Shown piece by piece: positions 9,745 to 19,201 of a stretch of DNA of 64,000 nt. The translations under genes were made by a program, and so were the position numbers. Below the pieces are notes generated by a model that did no database searches, was not told the DNA's origin, and saw nothing but the letters and a program-made list of their open reading frames with translations. The DNA is taken from positions 665,875 through 729,874 of the forward strand of contig OZ246411.1 of assembly GCA_965231055.1 (NCBI GenBank), in the 5' to 3' direction. Each line of letters begins with the position of its first letter. The stretch's first letter is position 1. This DNA is from an uncultured Candidatus Saccharibacteria bacterium (GTDB lineage Bacteria > Patescibacteriota > CALEFQ01 > G965231055).

Positions 9745-10477
9745 TTTGTTTATTCTTAAATTTACTAATAAATACAATCCATGGAAACTTAATAGTGGCA
9801 GTCAATATTCGCCTAAATCTCTTCGGACTTGGGTGCCTAATGACACGCCACAACCACTCCAATCTTAACGAAATAAAAAACTTGGGAGCTCTTTTTCTTT
9901 TTTCGGTTACAAAATCTAGCGCTCCACCAATTCCCATAGCAACTACGCCTTGGGGCAATCTATTTTTTATATCGAAAATAAGCTTTTCTTGTTTTATCAT
10001 TCCTATACCAACCAGCAATAATGTATTTGGTTTGATTTCATTTACGAAATCATGTCTACCATCAAAATTAGCTCCGCTTAGATTTAAATTTGGATACTTC
10101 TTTTTTAGGGCAGACTCTATTTCTTCAAAAGAAGATAATCCTTTCTCGGGAACAATAAGAAAAACATTTCCAGACTTAGTATTTAAAAATTCCATCACAT
10201 CAAGCATGAGATCACTTCCGGCAACTCTCTCCTTGAAAGGATTTCCAAGATAACTTCCCGCAAATAACAATCCAGCTCCATCAGGAATAAGCAAATCAGC
10301 TGAGTTAAGAATTTTGTGAAACTCTTTATTTTTTAAAGACTCAATAACAAATTCTGAGTTTGGGGTAGCAATGAAATACGATCCAACCCCCTTATTAAAA
10401 AAACCAGAAACCACACCAAGCGCTTCTTTTCTTGATATATTATCTACTTTTACGCCTAAAATATCTATTTTATTCAT
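9737..10477 (-). CDS. WecB/TagA/CpsF-family glycosyltransferase (GT26)
   Basis: KIDILGVKVDNISRKEAL... and a C-terminal RLEWLWRVIRHPSPKRFRR match TagA/WecG consensus. Start set at MNKIDILGV, where an AGGGA lies ~10 nt upstream; the upstream ATG at 10498 is an alternative. Confidence 0.7.
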   Translation of the reverse strand: MNKIDILGVKVDNISRKEALGVVSGFFNKGVGSYFIATPNSEFVIESLKNKEFHKILNSADLLIPDGAGLLFAGSYLGNPFKERVAGSDLMLDVMEFLNTKSGNVFLIVPEKGLSSFEEIESALKKKYPNLNLSGANFDGRHDFVNEIKPNTLLLVGIGMIKQEKLIFDIKNRLPQGVVAMGIGGALDFVTEKRKRAPKFFISLRLEWLWRVIRHPSPKRFRRILTATIKFPWIVFISKFKNKQNG

Positions 10478-11132
10478 TGAACCATCCCTTAGAAACATCG
10501 GGGGGCCTGAGTATCACCCCATAAATTGACTTATAAACCCTTCCATTGTTTTCAATTTGAATGCTCTCCATAACATCAACGCTATCAGGAACGAATACCA
10601 TTTTTTCGAAACCACCACGCATAAAAGATTTTATTTTTTTTATGCTTATGGAATCACTCGGCTTTATTCTACCAATAGTGACATGAGGTATGAATTGTCC
10701 CTTGGAAATAAATTTTACATTTGCTTCGATGAGCTTTTTGTTGATTTCGTTTCGCATACTCCTAAGCTCTCGCGTAGGAAAAGCTTCGAGCGCGAGAAGC
10801 ATGATTTCATTATCGTCACCCCTGAAAACTATTATTCGACTCAAGTCTATTTTGAAGTTATGCCGAAGTCTCACCACATCATAAACAACAGACTTGATTA
10901 TTTTAGTCTTTAAACCACTCTGATCACCTAAAAATGAAATTGTAATATGTAGATTTAGCCTAGGTACAAAATCCAACGATGTACAGCCCTTTCTAAGTAT
11001 CTTTTGCTGTAAATCAAAAACATCAGACATGATACCTCTCGGCAATTTTATAGCTACAAAAAGCCTCTTTTTTAAGCTATTTTTGGATTTTACCATGACT
11101 AGATTATAACACAATAAAATGATAAAATTCAA
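10470..11132 (-). CDS. thpR: RNA 2',3'-cyclic phosphodiesterase (2H phosphoesterase, ThpR/LigT family)
   Basis: Two H-x-T-x motifs (LHITISFLG and PHVTIGRI) plus the RLFVAIKLP N-terminal region. The true start may be the internal Met at ~11096. Confidence 0.65.
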   Translation of the reverse strand: MNFIILLCYNLVMVKSKNSLKKRLFVAIKLPRGIMSDVFDLQQKILRKGCTSLDFVPRLNLHITISFLGDQSGLKTKIIKSVVYDVVRLRHNFKIDLSRIIVFRGDDNEIMLLALEAFPTRELRSMRNEINKKLIEANVKFISKGQFIPHVTIGRIKPSDSISIKKIKSFMRGGFEKMVFVPDSVDVMESIQIENNGRVYKSIYGVILRPPDVSKGWFNE

Positions 11133-11150
11133 TAGCGTTAATTTTGAACC

Positions 11151-12191
11151 ATGGAAATATATGATGTTGTTATAATTGGGGCAGGCCCTGCTGGACTAAG
11201 AGCCTCACAGGTGCTTTCTAGAAATGGAAAGAAGGTTTTGGTTTTGGAAAAAAACACTGTCCCCTGTCAAAAAATTTGCGCGGAAGGAGTTACTTCAAAA
11301 ACATTAAAATTACATTATTTTCCAAGGGAATGCATAACCAAAAAGTTTTATAATATCGAAGCTATATTCTTTGGAAAACGGAAAATAAGCTTTAGTTCCA
11401 AAGAGCCACTTCTTTGCTCAATAAATAGAGTGAATATGGGCAAGACCATGTCTGAGGAAGCGATTAAACATGGCTCTACCATAAAGTACTGCGAAAAAGT
11501 ATTGAGTATCAAAAAAGAGACTGATGGTGCGCTAATAATTGAGACTGATAAAAACTCATATAAATCAAAGCAATTAATAGGCGCCGAGGGAATGCACTCG
11601 GTAACACGAAATTTTTTAAATATACCCGTCTCCAAGTGTGGCTTCGGAATACAGTATAAAATCAGGGGTTACTACAAAAACCTAGAACTCCACCTAAACA
11701 CAAAATTTTTCGGGCCATTGTATTGTTGGATTTTTCCAAATGACAACTTTTTTTACTTAGGAACTGGCTCAGAAAAAGAAATAATGACGCCCAATCAAAT
11801 CAAAACAAACCTATCAGAATTCTGTAAAAAACATAAAATAAATATTGATAATGCGGAAATTCAATCAGCAGGACTAAACATAGATTATCAAGGATTCAAA
11901 TTTGGAAATATTTTTCTTGCTGGAGAATCTGCTGGATTGGTTCAAAACCTCACTGGCGAAGGCATATACAATGCACTCGTCTCCGGAGATGAAATTGCAA
12001 ATCTCATACTTGATCCAAGCTTCGAGACAAAGGAAATAAATGAGATGATCGAATCAAAAAGGGATCAAGAAAGGTTAAAGCAAATTTATAATTTTTGTCC
12101 CACACTTATTTCTTTTATATTTTTCTTGGCTCCTTTTTTGGCAAAAATACCAATAATAAAAAGACGATTCGAGAAAGCAGCATTTCATTAG
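11151..12191 (+). CDS. FAD-dependent oxidoreductase, geranylgeranyl reductase family
   Basis: N-terminal Rossmann dinucleotide-binding motif YDVVIIGAGPAGLRAS...VLVLEK; 346 aa. Confidence 0.6.
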   Translation: MEIYDVVIIGAGPAGLRASQVLSRNGKKVLVLEKNTVPCQKICAEGVTSKTLKLHYFPRECITKKFYNIEAIFFGKRKISFSSKEPLLCSINRVNMGKTMSEEAIKHGSTIKYCEKVLSIKKETDGALIIETDKNSYKSKQLIGAEGMHSVTRNFLNIPVSKCGFGIQYKIRGYYKNLELHLNTKFFGPLYCWIFPNDNFFYLGTGSEKEIMTPNQIKTNLSEFCKKHKINIDNAEIQSAGLNIDYQGFKFGNIFLAGESAGLVQNLTGEGIYNALVSGDEIANLILDPSFETKEINEMIESKRDQERLKQIYNFCPTLISFIFFLAPFLAKIPIIKRRFEKAAFH

Positions 12192-12201
12192 ACCAGCTTA
12201 T

Positions 12202-14175
12202 ATGAAAATAGATGTCGTACAAATAGCTCCTCTTGAAAATACAGGACAAATGTCTTCAGAATTTTCATATCTTATTCCAGAAAATTTTGATTTAAAAATT
12301 GGAACTTTGGTAAAAGCACCTTTTGGGAGAAAAGACATAGAAGGAATAGTGATAAGAAAAGATTCAATAGAGCAACCCAAATTCAAACTCAAGCCAGTCA
12401 CAATGATTATAGAAAATGAGGCTCTTAGACCCTATCATATAGAGCTGGCTAAATGGATGAGCTTACGATACATAACACCTCTTGGCGTAGCACTAAAAAC
12501 AATGCTCCCCAAAAGACCCAAATACCTACCAAAGATCAATCCAACGCAAGAACAAAAAAAAGCAAAACACCAAAAATTAAAACTAACCGCAGAACAAGAA
12601 AAATCAATCAAAGAGATCAAGAATACAAAAGAAAGTACAACTCTTGTGTTTGGAGTGACTGGTTCTGGTAAAACAGAAATCTATCTAAGACTAATAGAAG
12701 AAACTATTAAAAATAACAAGCAAGCACTTTTTCTAATACCTGAAATCGCACTCACCCCACAAACAACTGAAAGGGTAAAAAGTTTTTTTGCAAATGAAGA
12801 AATAGCTATTATGCATAGCAAAATTTCCGAGAGCAAAAAATATGAGTACTGGCTAAAAATCAAAAGTGGGCAAATCAGGATAGTAGTGGGTGCTCGCTCT
12901 GCCATATTCGCACCTTTCAAAGACCTCGGAATAATAATCATGGACGAGGAGCAGGATCAAAGCTTTAAACAATGGGAGAAAAAACCCAAATATCATTCGA
13001 GAGAAGTTGCTAGGTGGATCGCTGAAAATCTGAAAATTAAACTAGTTATGGGCTCAGCAACCCCTTCTATAGAGAGCTATTACTACGCTAAAAAAGGAAT
13101 CTATCATCTAACCAGACTAACAAAAAGAATCAGAGCAACGTCGCTCTCGGAGGATTTACCAAAAGTTTCGATAATCGACACCAAAGACGAATATGAAAAA
13201 CGCAATTTTGATATATTGAGCGAAACACTAAAAGAGAAAATTCTGTTGGCCGTGAATTCAAAAAAACAAACACTAATACTGCTTAATAGAAAAGGATTTT
13301 CAACTACAACCTATTGCAAAGACTGCAATCATATTTTCAAATGCCCGCGTTGCGATCTACCGCTTGTTATGTACAAAAATAAATCTATTCTTAAATGCAA
13401 TCATTGCAGTTTCAAAACCAATAGCTTTGTATTTTGTCCCAAATGCAAATCCACAAATATCACCACAAAAGGAAAGGGCACAGAAAAACTCGAACGTGAA
13501 ATAAAAGACATGATTCCAAATGCAAAAATTCTGAGAGTCGATAGTGAAACGATGACAAAGAGCTCCGATATACAAAAAATAGATGATTTTAAAAAAGGAA
13601 AATACGACATAATGATAGGAACACAGATGATAGCTAGAGGATTAGATCTTCCACAAGTAGATCTCGTAGGAATAATCAACCCAGAAAGAGGACTCAATTT
13701 TCCAGATTTTAGAGCCAACGAAAATGTTTTCGAGTTGATAATGCAAGTTGCAGGTAGAGCAGGAAGAAAAGATTCTATTGGCGAAGTGATTCTCCAAACA
13801 TTTAGCCCAGAACATTTCACTATTAAATACGCATCACAACATGATTACGAGAGTTTCTATTCCAGTGAAATAGCACAAAGAAAAGCGCTTAAATATCCCC
13901 CATTCAAAGATACTGCACTAATAGCTTTTGGCTCAAAAACAGAAGACAAATGTAAATCAGAATTACTAAAGCTCGTAGGACTTATCCCAAAAAATATTTA
14001 CGAAAAAATTGAGATACTGGGACCAGCTCCAGCTTTTATATCAAAAGAAAAGAAATTGTACATATGGAAAATCGCGCTCAAATTTAGTTCTGAAAATTAC
14101 GAAGAAATCGCTGAGTTCTTAATGAAAATGAATTTGAAATTTAAAATAGACATAAACCCATCCTCCTTGCTATAG
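12202..14175 (+). CDS. priA: Primosomal protein N' (replication restart helicase PriA)
   Basis: Walker A GVTGSGKTEIY, DEEQD box, and zinc-binding CxxC pairs (CKDCNHIFKCPRCD...CNHCS...CPKCKS) typical of PriA; 657 aa. Confidence 0.85.
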   Translation: MKIDVVQIAPLENTGQMSSEFSYLIPENFDLKIGTLVKAPFGRKDIEGIVIRKDSIEQPKFKLKPVTMIIENEALRPYHIELAKWMSLRYITPLGVALKTMLPKRPKYLPKINPTQEQKKAKHQKLKLTAEQEKSIKEIKNTKESTTLVFGVTGSGKTEIYLRLIEETIKNNKQALFLIPEIALTPQTTERVKSFFANEEIAIMHSKISESKKYEYWLKIKSGQIRIVVGARSAIFAPFKDLGIIIMDEEQDQSFKQWEKKPKYHSREVARWIAENLKIKLVMGSATPSIESYYYAKKGIYHLTRLTKRIRATSLSEDLPKVSIIDTKDEYEKRNFDILSETLKEKILLAVNSKKQTLILLNRKGFSTTTYCKDCNHIFKCPRCDLPLVMYKNKSILKCNHCSFKTNSFVFCPKCKSTNITTKGKGTEKLEREIKDMIPNAKILRVDSETMTKSSDIQKIDDFKKGKYDIMIGTQMIARGLDLPQVDLVGIINPERGLNFPDFRANENVFELIMQVAGRAGRKDSIGEVILQTFSPEHFTIKYASQHDYESFYSSEIAQRKALKYPPFKDTALIAFGSKTEDKCKSELLKLVGLIPKNIYEKIEILGPAPAFISKEKKLYIWKIALKFSSENYEEIAEFLMKMNLKFKIDINPSSLL

Positions 14176-14200
14176 AGACATTACTGTTGTAAAATTACTA

Positions 14201-15010
14201 TTGAATATTATGCAAATTAAAAACACAAAAAACATAATAATATTTTACATAATGATCGCGCTTGCTAGTGCCGGTCTCGTGGTTTTTATCTGGAAATTCA
14301 CAGGAATAAATACACAGCTAACTGCCGAAACTGACAACTCCACAATAGTGGCCGAGATCACGCCGGAAGAGGTAAAAACTATGATTGATAAAAATGAAAA
14401 TTTCTTCCTAGTAGACGTACGAGACGCCACTGAATACAGCAAAAATGGTCATATCGAGGGTGCGCTCAATATACCACTTTCAGAACTTGAAGCTAAGCAA
14501 ATTGTACTACCAAAAGATAAACTAATAATAGTAATGTGCGATGGTAATAATTGCCGAAGAAGTTCCTATGGAGTAGCTGCACTATACAAGCTTGGGTTTA
14601 GAAATTTGAAAAACTTTAAATCAGGAACGGCTGGATGGAAAGAAGCGGGATACGATCTAGTCAACGGAGCTCCACCGGTACTACCAACAATAATTAGTGA
14701 AATTAGTTGCGAGGAGCTTAAAAATAAAATGAATTCGGAAAACAACTTATTTATTATAGACATTAGATCAAAAGAAGAATATAACGCTGGACACATAACA
14801 AACGCTCAACGATTCGATTACACAAGCATTAAACAATCTTTCAGAGATGGCAAAATCCCCTCAGACAAAGAGCTGATAATCTACGACTCAACCAATCTCC
14901 GAGCTAGAGTTGCAACAGAAGAACTAATGACAGTCAACGCTAGTAATATAAAAATGCTGACGGGTGGAATGGATGAGTGGATAGCCAAAGGATTCCAAAT
15001 CGAAGAATAA
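14201..15010 (+). CDS. Membrane-anchored tandem rhodanese-domain protein
   Basis: N-terminal TM helix. Rhodanese domain 1 (FLVDVRDATEYSKNGHIEGALNIP ... VMCDGNNCRRS) carries a Cys loop. Domain 2 (FIIDIRSKEEYNAGHITNA ... IIYDSTNLRA) has Asp in place of the catalytic Cys and is probably inactive. Confidence 0.65.
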   Translation: MNIMQIKNTKNIIIFYIMIALASAGLVVFIWKFTGINTQLTAETDNSTIVAEITPEEVKTMIDKNENFFLVDVRDATEYSKNGHIEGALNIPLSELEAKQIVLPKDKLIIVMCDGNNCRRSSYGVAALYKLGFRNLKNFKSGTAGWKEAGYDLVNGAPPVLPTIISEISCEELKNKMNSENNLFIIDIRSKEEYNAGHITNAQRFDYTSIKQSFRDGKIPSDKELIIYDSTNLRARVATEELMTVNASNIKMLTGGMDEWIAKGFQIEE

Positions 15011-15020
15011 TCTCAAATAA

Positions 15021-15056
15021 AAACCCGCCTTCGAAAAGATCTGGCGGGTTTTTTAT
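15021..15056. terminator. Bidirectional rho-independent terminator
   Basis: AAACCCGCC ... GGCGGGTTT stem followed by TTTTT; lies between convergent genes. Confidence 0.6.
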
Positions 15057-15063
15057 ATTCCAA

Positions 15064-15708
15064 TTATTTATCTGATTGCAGAATCTGATCAATTTTAGCA
15101 GAAACGGTTTCCAAGGAAAAACCGACGGTACTTATATCAAATTCTTCGTTATTGATAAAAATATACGGAGTATAATTTACCGAAGAATCATTTCCACTTT
15201 TCATATCATTCTTAACTCTTTCTTTTACTGCATTATTTGTTCTGTCGCTCTTGAACTGATCCATGTTTAATCCAAGAGAATTAGCTATCGCCAAAACATC
15301 CGCGTCCTCCAAGCTATTTGCCTCCATCAAAGCATCATGCATTTCCCAAAATTTACCCTGAAGTCCAGCAGCCTCAGCAGCGGAGGCCACATCAAAAGCA
15401 GTTGGGTGAAGAGATGCTATAGGATAGTGTCTATGAACAAATTTAATTTTACCAGCATATTTGTCTAGCAAAGTTTTCGAGATCTTGTGAAAAGTTCTGC
15501 ATCCAGGGCAAAAATAGTCACTATAAACAACGATTTCAATTGGAGCATCATCATCTCCCCTTTGCCAATCATCTTGGCTTATCGACACCTTTAAATCACT
15601 TTCACTTGTGGCGTCATCTTTTTCCTTGGTTGAGCCCAGGATAAACATAAGCGCTATAATAATAACTATAATAGCTACTACAATAATCACTATATGGGAT
15701 GTTTTCAT
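15064..15708 (-). CDS. DsbA-family thiol:disulfide oxidoreductase, membrane-anchored
   Basis: N-terminal TM helix plus a thioredoxin-fold CPGC active site (DYFCPGCRTFH) and a DsbA-like helical insert. Confidence 0.7.
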   Translation of the reverse strand: MKTSHIVIIVVAIIVIIIALMFILGSTKEKDDATSESDLKVSISQDDWQRGDDDAPIEIVVYSDYFCPGCRTFHKISKTLLDKYAGKIKFVHRHYPIASLHPTAFDVASAAEAAGLQGKFWEMHDALMEANSLEDADVLAIANSLGLNMDQFKSDRTNNAVKERVKNDMKSGNDSSVNYTPYIFINNEEFDISTVGFSLETVSAKIDQILQSDK

Positions 15709-15712
15709 ATAT

Positions 15713-16075
15713 TTATTTATTAAAATTATTTAAACCTCTTTTTAATGTAGCCATAGCGAAACTTGAGCAAGTCAGTTTCTCAGGAGGTAACCCCCCGAGA
15801 GCACTCACCACATCTGCATCATCAAGCTTCATTATTTCTGCAATTTTTTTACCCATAACCATCTCACTCATCATAGATGCGGAAGCCACGGCAGCAGCAC
15901 AACCCAAGACTTTGTATTTTATATCAGTAAGTATATCGTCATCGACTGTGCCCCAGATTTTTATCGTATCACCGCATGTTGGATTAATCACCTCACTCAC
16001 AAATGAGGGATTTTTTATTTCACCTACATTTTTAGGGTTTTTGAAATGCTCCTCTACTAGTTCGTTGTATTTCAT
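15713..16075 (-). CDS. Second IscU/NifU-like scaffold paralog
   Basis: NPTCGDTIKIW, LGCAAAVASAS and LTCSSFAMATLK conserve the three IscU Cys positions; 120 aa. It is distinct from the iscU at 5417. Confidence 0.65.
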   Translation of the reverse strand: MKYNELVEEHFKNPKNVGEIKNPSFVSEVINPTCGDTIKIWGTVDDDILTDIKYKVLGCAAAVASASMMSEMVMGKKIAEIMKLDDADVVSALGGLPPEKLTCSSFAMATLKRGLNNFNK

Positions 16076-16079
16076 AAAT

Positions 16080-17225
16080 TTAGAATAATAGAATCACACC
16101 GAGCATAACAAGAATTGCGCCCATTATCAATTTGAGCCAACGCTTGCCTCTGTGTTCAAATTCTTTCACGGCAACCATATTTGAAGTAACACCAATAATC
16201 ACAAGAACCACAATGAGAGGTACTACAAACATCAAATTGTAAATGGAAAGATATCCGGCAGTAGTAGCTAACGAGGATGCACTATCGGCAATTAGCTTAC
16301 TAGTACCCAAATACAAAGGAAGTGAGCAAGGAGCCTCAAACAAAGTCACCATAACAGCAAGTAGCGCCACCAATGGATAGCTTGCCACCATGGCAAGCTT
16401 TTGAATTTTGGGAAAAGCACCTTTGCTTATGCCCAAAAACAATCCTTTTCCAAACCAGAAAAAATCTTTGAGATTTATTATCCCAGCGAAAATCAAAATC
16501 ACACCCAATACAGTATTTAAAGTAAGTGAAATAACAGCATAGTATTGATTCCCCAGAAGTTGTTCTATGCTTTTTACAAAAACAAGTCCTATTACAAAAT
16601 AAACTACAAAAGTAGTTACTATATAAATAATTCCGGTGATCCAAAGTCGGCTTCTTTTTCCAGCAAATGTAATAAGATAACCAAGGAGAAAAACTATAAC
16701 TGCTATAGCGCATGGATTGATTCCGTCTATAAGCCCCAAAGTCAGCACAACTGACAGATTTTTTAGATCCATATTTGAAGTTGCCTCACTCGAGACCACG
16801 CAAAACTCGTCGCTCTCGCTAAGTGCTCCCTGATAACCCTCTATCCCATCAACCAAAACATATATTTCAACAAATCCGAGCTTGGAAAGCTTCATACCAG
16901 ATTCCTCAGCGAGACTACAAGTCGTAGTGGAACAATAAACTACAGTAGGCTTGGTTTTGTCAAAACGCGAAATCGTATCTTTGTTTATTTCGTTTATAGG
17001 ACAAGAAACTGCATCAGGAATATGCCCCAAAGAAAATTCTCTTTCACTTCTCACATCTATAAGCTGAACATCTTTTGATTCAGAAATTTCTCTAAATTCA
17101 CTGACTGTAATATTTTTTATAGATGATATGTCTCCGAGTGCCCATTTGCCATCCACAATAAATCCTGTGAAGCCAGCCACAATGGCGATAATGCCAAGTA
17201 TAAATATTTTTTGCCAAGTATTCAT
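16080..17225 (-). CDS. Rhodanese-domain / CcdA (DsbD transmembrane domain) fusion protein
   Basis: N-terminal TM, then a rhodanese fold (VQLIDVRSEREFSLGHIPDAVSCP ... VVYCSTTTCSLAEE) with an atypical CSTTTCS loop. A CcdA-like polytopic domain follows, with two TM Cys (GINPCAIAV and FEAPCSLPLYLG). Confidence 0.65.
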   Translation of the reverse strand: MNTWQKIFILGIIAIVAGFTGFIVDGKWALGDISSIKNITVSEFREISESKDVQLIDVRSEREFSLGHIPDAVSCPINEINKDTISRFDKTKPTVVYCSTTTCSLAEESGMKLSKLGFVEIYVLVDGIEGYQGALSESDEFCVVSSEATSNMDLKNLSVVLTLGLIDGINPCAIAVIVFLLGYLITFAGKRSRLWITGIIYIVTTFVVYFVIGLVFVKSIEQLLGNQYYAVISLTLNTVLGVILIFAGIINLKDFFWFGKGLFLGISKGAFPKIQKLAMVASYPLVALLAVMVTLFEAPCSLPLYLGTSKLIADSASSLATTAGYLSIYNLMFVVPLIVVLVIIGVTSNMVAVKEFEHRGKRWLKLIMGAILVMLGVILLF

Positions 17226-17233
17226 GCCCTAGC

Positions 17234-18454
17234 TTATTTAATAGATTTTTTAGTTGCCTCTATTACTCTTTTTACAGCTAACAAGTATCCTGCCTCTCTA
17301 AATGTATTTGAGTTATTTTTTGATGCAAAAACTTTTTCACAAGCTAAGTCTATATGCTTTTTAAGCTTAGCGTTGACATCAGACAAAGACCAATGCTCGT
17401 TTTGTTTGTTTTGCAACCATTCAAAATAGGACACTATAACTCCACCACTATTTACCAATATATCAGGAATCACTGGGATCTTTTTTTGTGATAAAACTTC
17501 GTCAGCTTCTGGGCTAACAGGACCATTGGCTATTTCCAAAACCATTTTAGCTCTAACTGCATTAACATTTGAATCTGTAATAACTCCATCAATAGCCGAA
17601 GGTGCCAAAACATCTAACTCAAGAGATAGCAATTCTTCGTTGGTAATATCCTTGGCAAATCCTTTTAGGTTTCTATTGGCTTTTTTGTATGCAATAGCTT
17701 TTTCTATGTCGATACCGTTTTCATCATAAGTTGCAGTTTTTGAATCCGAAATCGCAACTATTTTATACCCAGCTTGGCTTGCGAGTTTTGCAAACCATCC
17801 GCCAGCATTGCCTATTCCCTGAACCGCTATAGTAGAACCATTTTTTAATCCCAGTTTTTCTGCAAAAAATTGGAGTGTGTAAAGCGCACCTTGACCCGTA
17901 GCTGCATCTCTGCCCTCTGATCCACCTTCCTCCAAAGGCTTACCCGTAATTACTGCGGGAACTGATTCGCCTACCAATTTTTCGTACTCATCTCTCATCC
18001 ATTTCATAATTCTAGCATCTGTATTTACATCAGGAGCTGGAACATCCAAATCTGGGCCGATATTACGATATATACCCCTTATAAAGCCCCTAGAAAGCGA
18101 TTCTAGCTCTTTTACGCTTAATTCCGAGGGATCTACTGTGACACCACCTTTTCCACCACCCAGAGGAATCCCTGCGAGCGAGCACTTCCAAGTCATCCAC
18201 ATAGCAAGAGCTTTTACCTCGTCAGGATTTACGTTTTCGTGAAATCTGATACCTCCCTTATATGGACCAAGCGCACTTGAGTGTTGAGATCTGTAACCCT
18301 TAAAGATTTTGATATTTCCTGAATCCATTTTTACAGGAATAGAAATCTCTATAAATCTCTCGGGAGATTTCAAGATTTCAATAATCTCACCGTCCTCAGC
18401 AAAACTTGAGGAAACTTTATCTAATTGTTTTTTTGCGTTTTCGAATGCATTCAT
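17234..18454 (-). CDS. gdhA: Glutamate dehydrogenase (Glu/Leu/Phe/Val dehydrogenase family)
   Basis: KGGIRFHENVNPDEVKALAMWMTWKCSLAGIPLGGGKGG contains the catalytic Lys region. C-terminal NAD(P)-binding GIGNAGG. Confidence 0.8.
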   Translation of the reverse strand: MNAFENAKKQLDKVSSSFAEDGEIIEILKSPERFIEISIPVKMDSGNIKIFKGYRSQHSSALGPYKGGIRFHENVNPDEVKALAMWMTWKCSLAGIPLGGGKGGVTVDPSELSVKELESLSRGFIRGIYRNIGPDLDVPAPDVNTDARIMKWMRDEYEKLVGESVPAVITGKPLEEGGSEGRDAATGQGALYTLQFFAEKLGLKNGSTIAVQGIGNAGGWFAKLASQAGYKIVAISDSKTATYDENGIDIEKAIAYKKANRNLKGFAKDITNEELLSLELDVLAPSAIDGVITDSNVNAVRAKMVLEIANGPVSPEADEVLSQKKIPVIPDILVNSGGVIVSYFEWLQNKQNEHWSLSDVNAKLKKHIDLACEKVFASKNNSNTFREAGYLLAVKRVIEATKKSIK

Positions 18455-19065
18455 TAGAAAATATTAATATTTAAAAGTAATAACCCACCAAGTATTAAAA
18501 GAATTATTCCTGCGATAATATCTAGAGTCTTTGCATTTTTAATTCTACTACTTATAAATTTGGCTATTAGTATGGAGACAAGGGCACCCAAAAGAAAACC
18601 CACTCCAAATCCAAGTATCTCAGTAAGTGTTCTCGCCCTATCCCACATAACCACAGAAGCAACCACAAAATCATTTAATCCGCTAACCAAAATATAAATC
18701 AAAAATCCGATTAAAAAATTGTGTAGATATCCTTTGGAAAGTCCACCTCTCTCAACATGGCGATTTACATGAAATGGTATGCGTTCTGCGAAAGCATCCC
18801 AAAGTTCTTTGAGAGCTATAACTATAACTATGACGGCTGGAATTTTTATAGCAAAACCCGAGAGCTCATAATCTCCAAAAAGCCACGCAACTATCATAGC
18901 TAGTACCAATCCAACAATAGCACCCACAAAATTACCAAGCATCAGAAACCTTTTGCTTTTTCCCGAAGTCTTTTTGAGTGAGATAGCTACCAAAATCAAA
19001 TCATCTACCCCCGTAGCAAACCAAGCAAAAATTCCCAATAAAATTGCGCCAATCAGAGGCAACAT
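18454..19065 (-). CDS. CadD-family (cadmium-resistance-transporter-like) membrane protein
   Basis: Two internal repeats with intramembrane Asp (ATGVDDLILV and SGLNDFVVAS) parallel the TSIDYLVIL / GADNIGIFV repeats of CadD; ~200 aa, 5-6 TM. Confidence 0.45.
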   Translation of the reverse strand: MLPLIGAILLGIFAWFATGVDDLILVAISLKKTSGKSKRFLMLGNFVGAIVGLVLAMIVAWLFGDYELSGFAIKIPAVIVIVIALKELWDAFAERIPFHVNRHVERGGLSKGYLHNFLIGFLIYILVSGLNDFVVASVVMWDRARTLTEILGFGVGFLLGALVSILIAKFISSRIKNAKTLDIIAGIILLILGGLLLLNINIF

Positions 19066-19161
19066 GTTTTTTATTTATGTTGAATTGAAGTTTTAGTATA
19101 CCATAAAATAGTCTTCCCTAAAACTAAATTTCCACAAAAATTCATAGCACAAAAGAGATAA

Positions 19162-19191
19162 AAATAGCCCCGCAGAATTGCAGGGCTATTT
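19162..19191 (-). terminator. Terminator hairpin downstream of surface protein gene 19202-21214 (copy 1 of a repeated hairpin)
   Basis: AAATAGCCC [cGCAGAATTGCa] GGGCTATTT followed by a U-tract on the minus strand. Confidence 0.55.
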
Positions 19192-19201
19192 GATTATCAT
19201 T

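Noticed and set aside
9795-10253. 152-aa + strand ORF
   Set aside because: Antisense to the TagA/WecB glycosyltransferase gene, which has clear family motifs.
15699-16088. 129-aa + strand ORF
   Set aside because: Antisense shadow of the IscU-like gene 15713-16075, with low-complexity translation.
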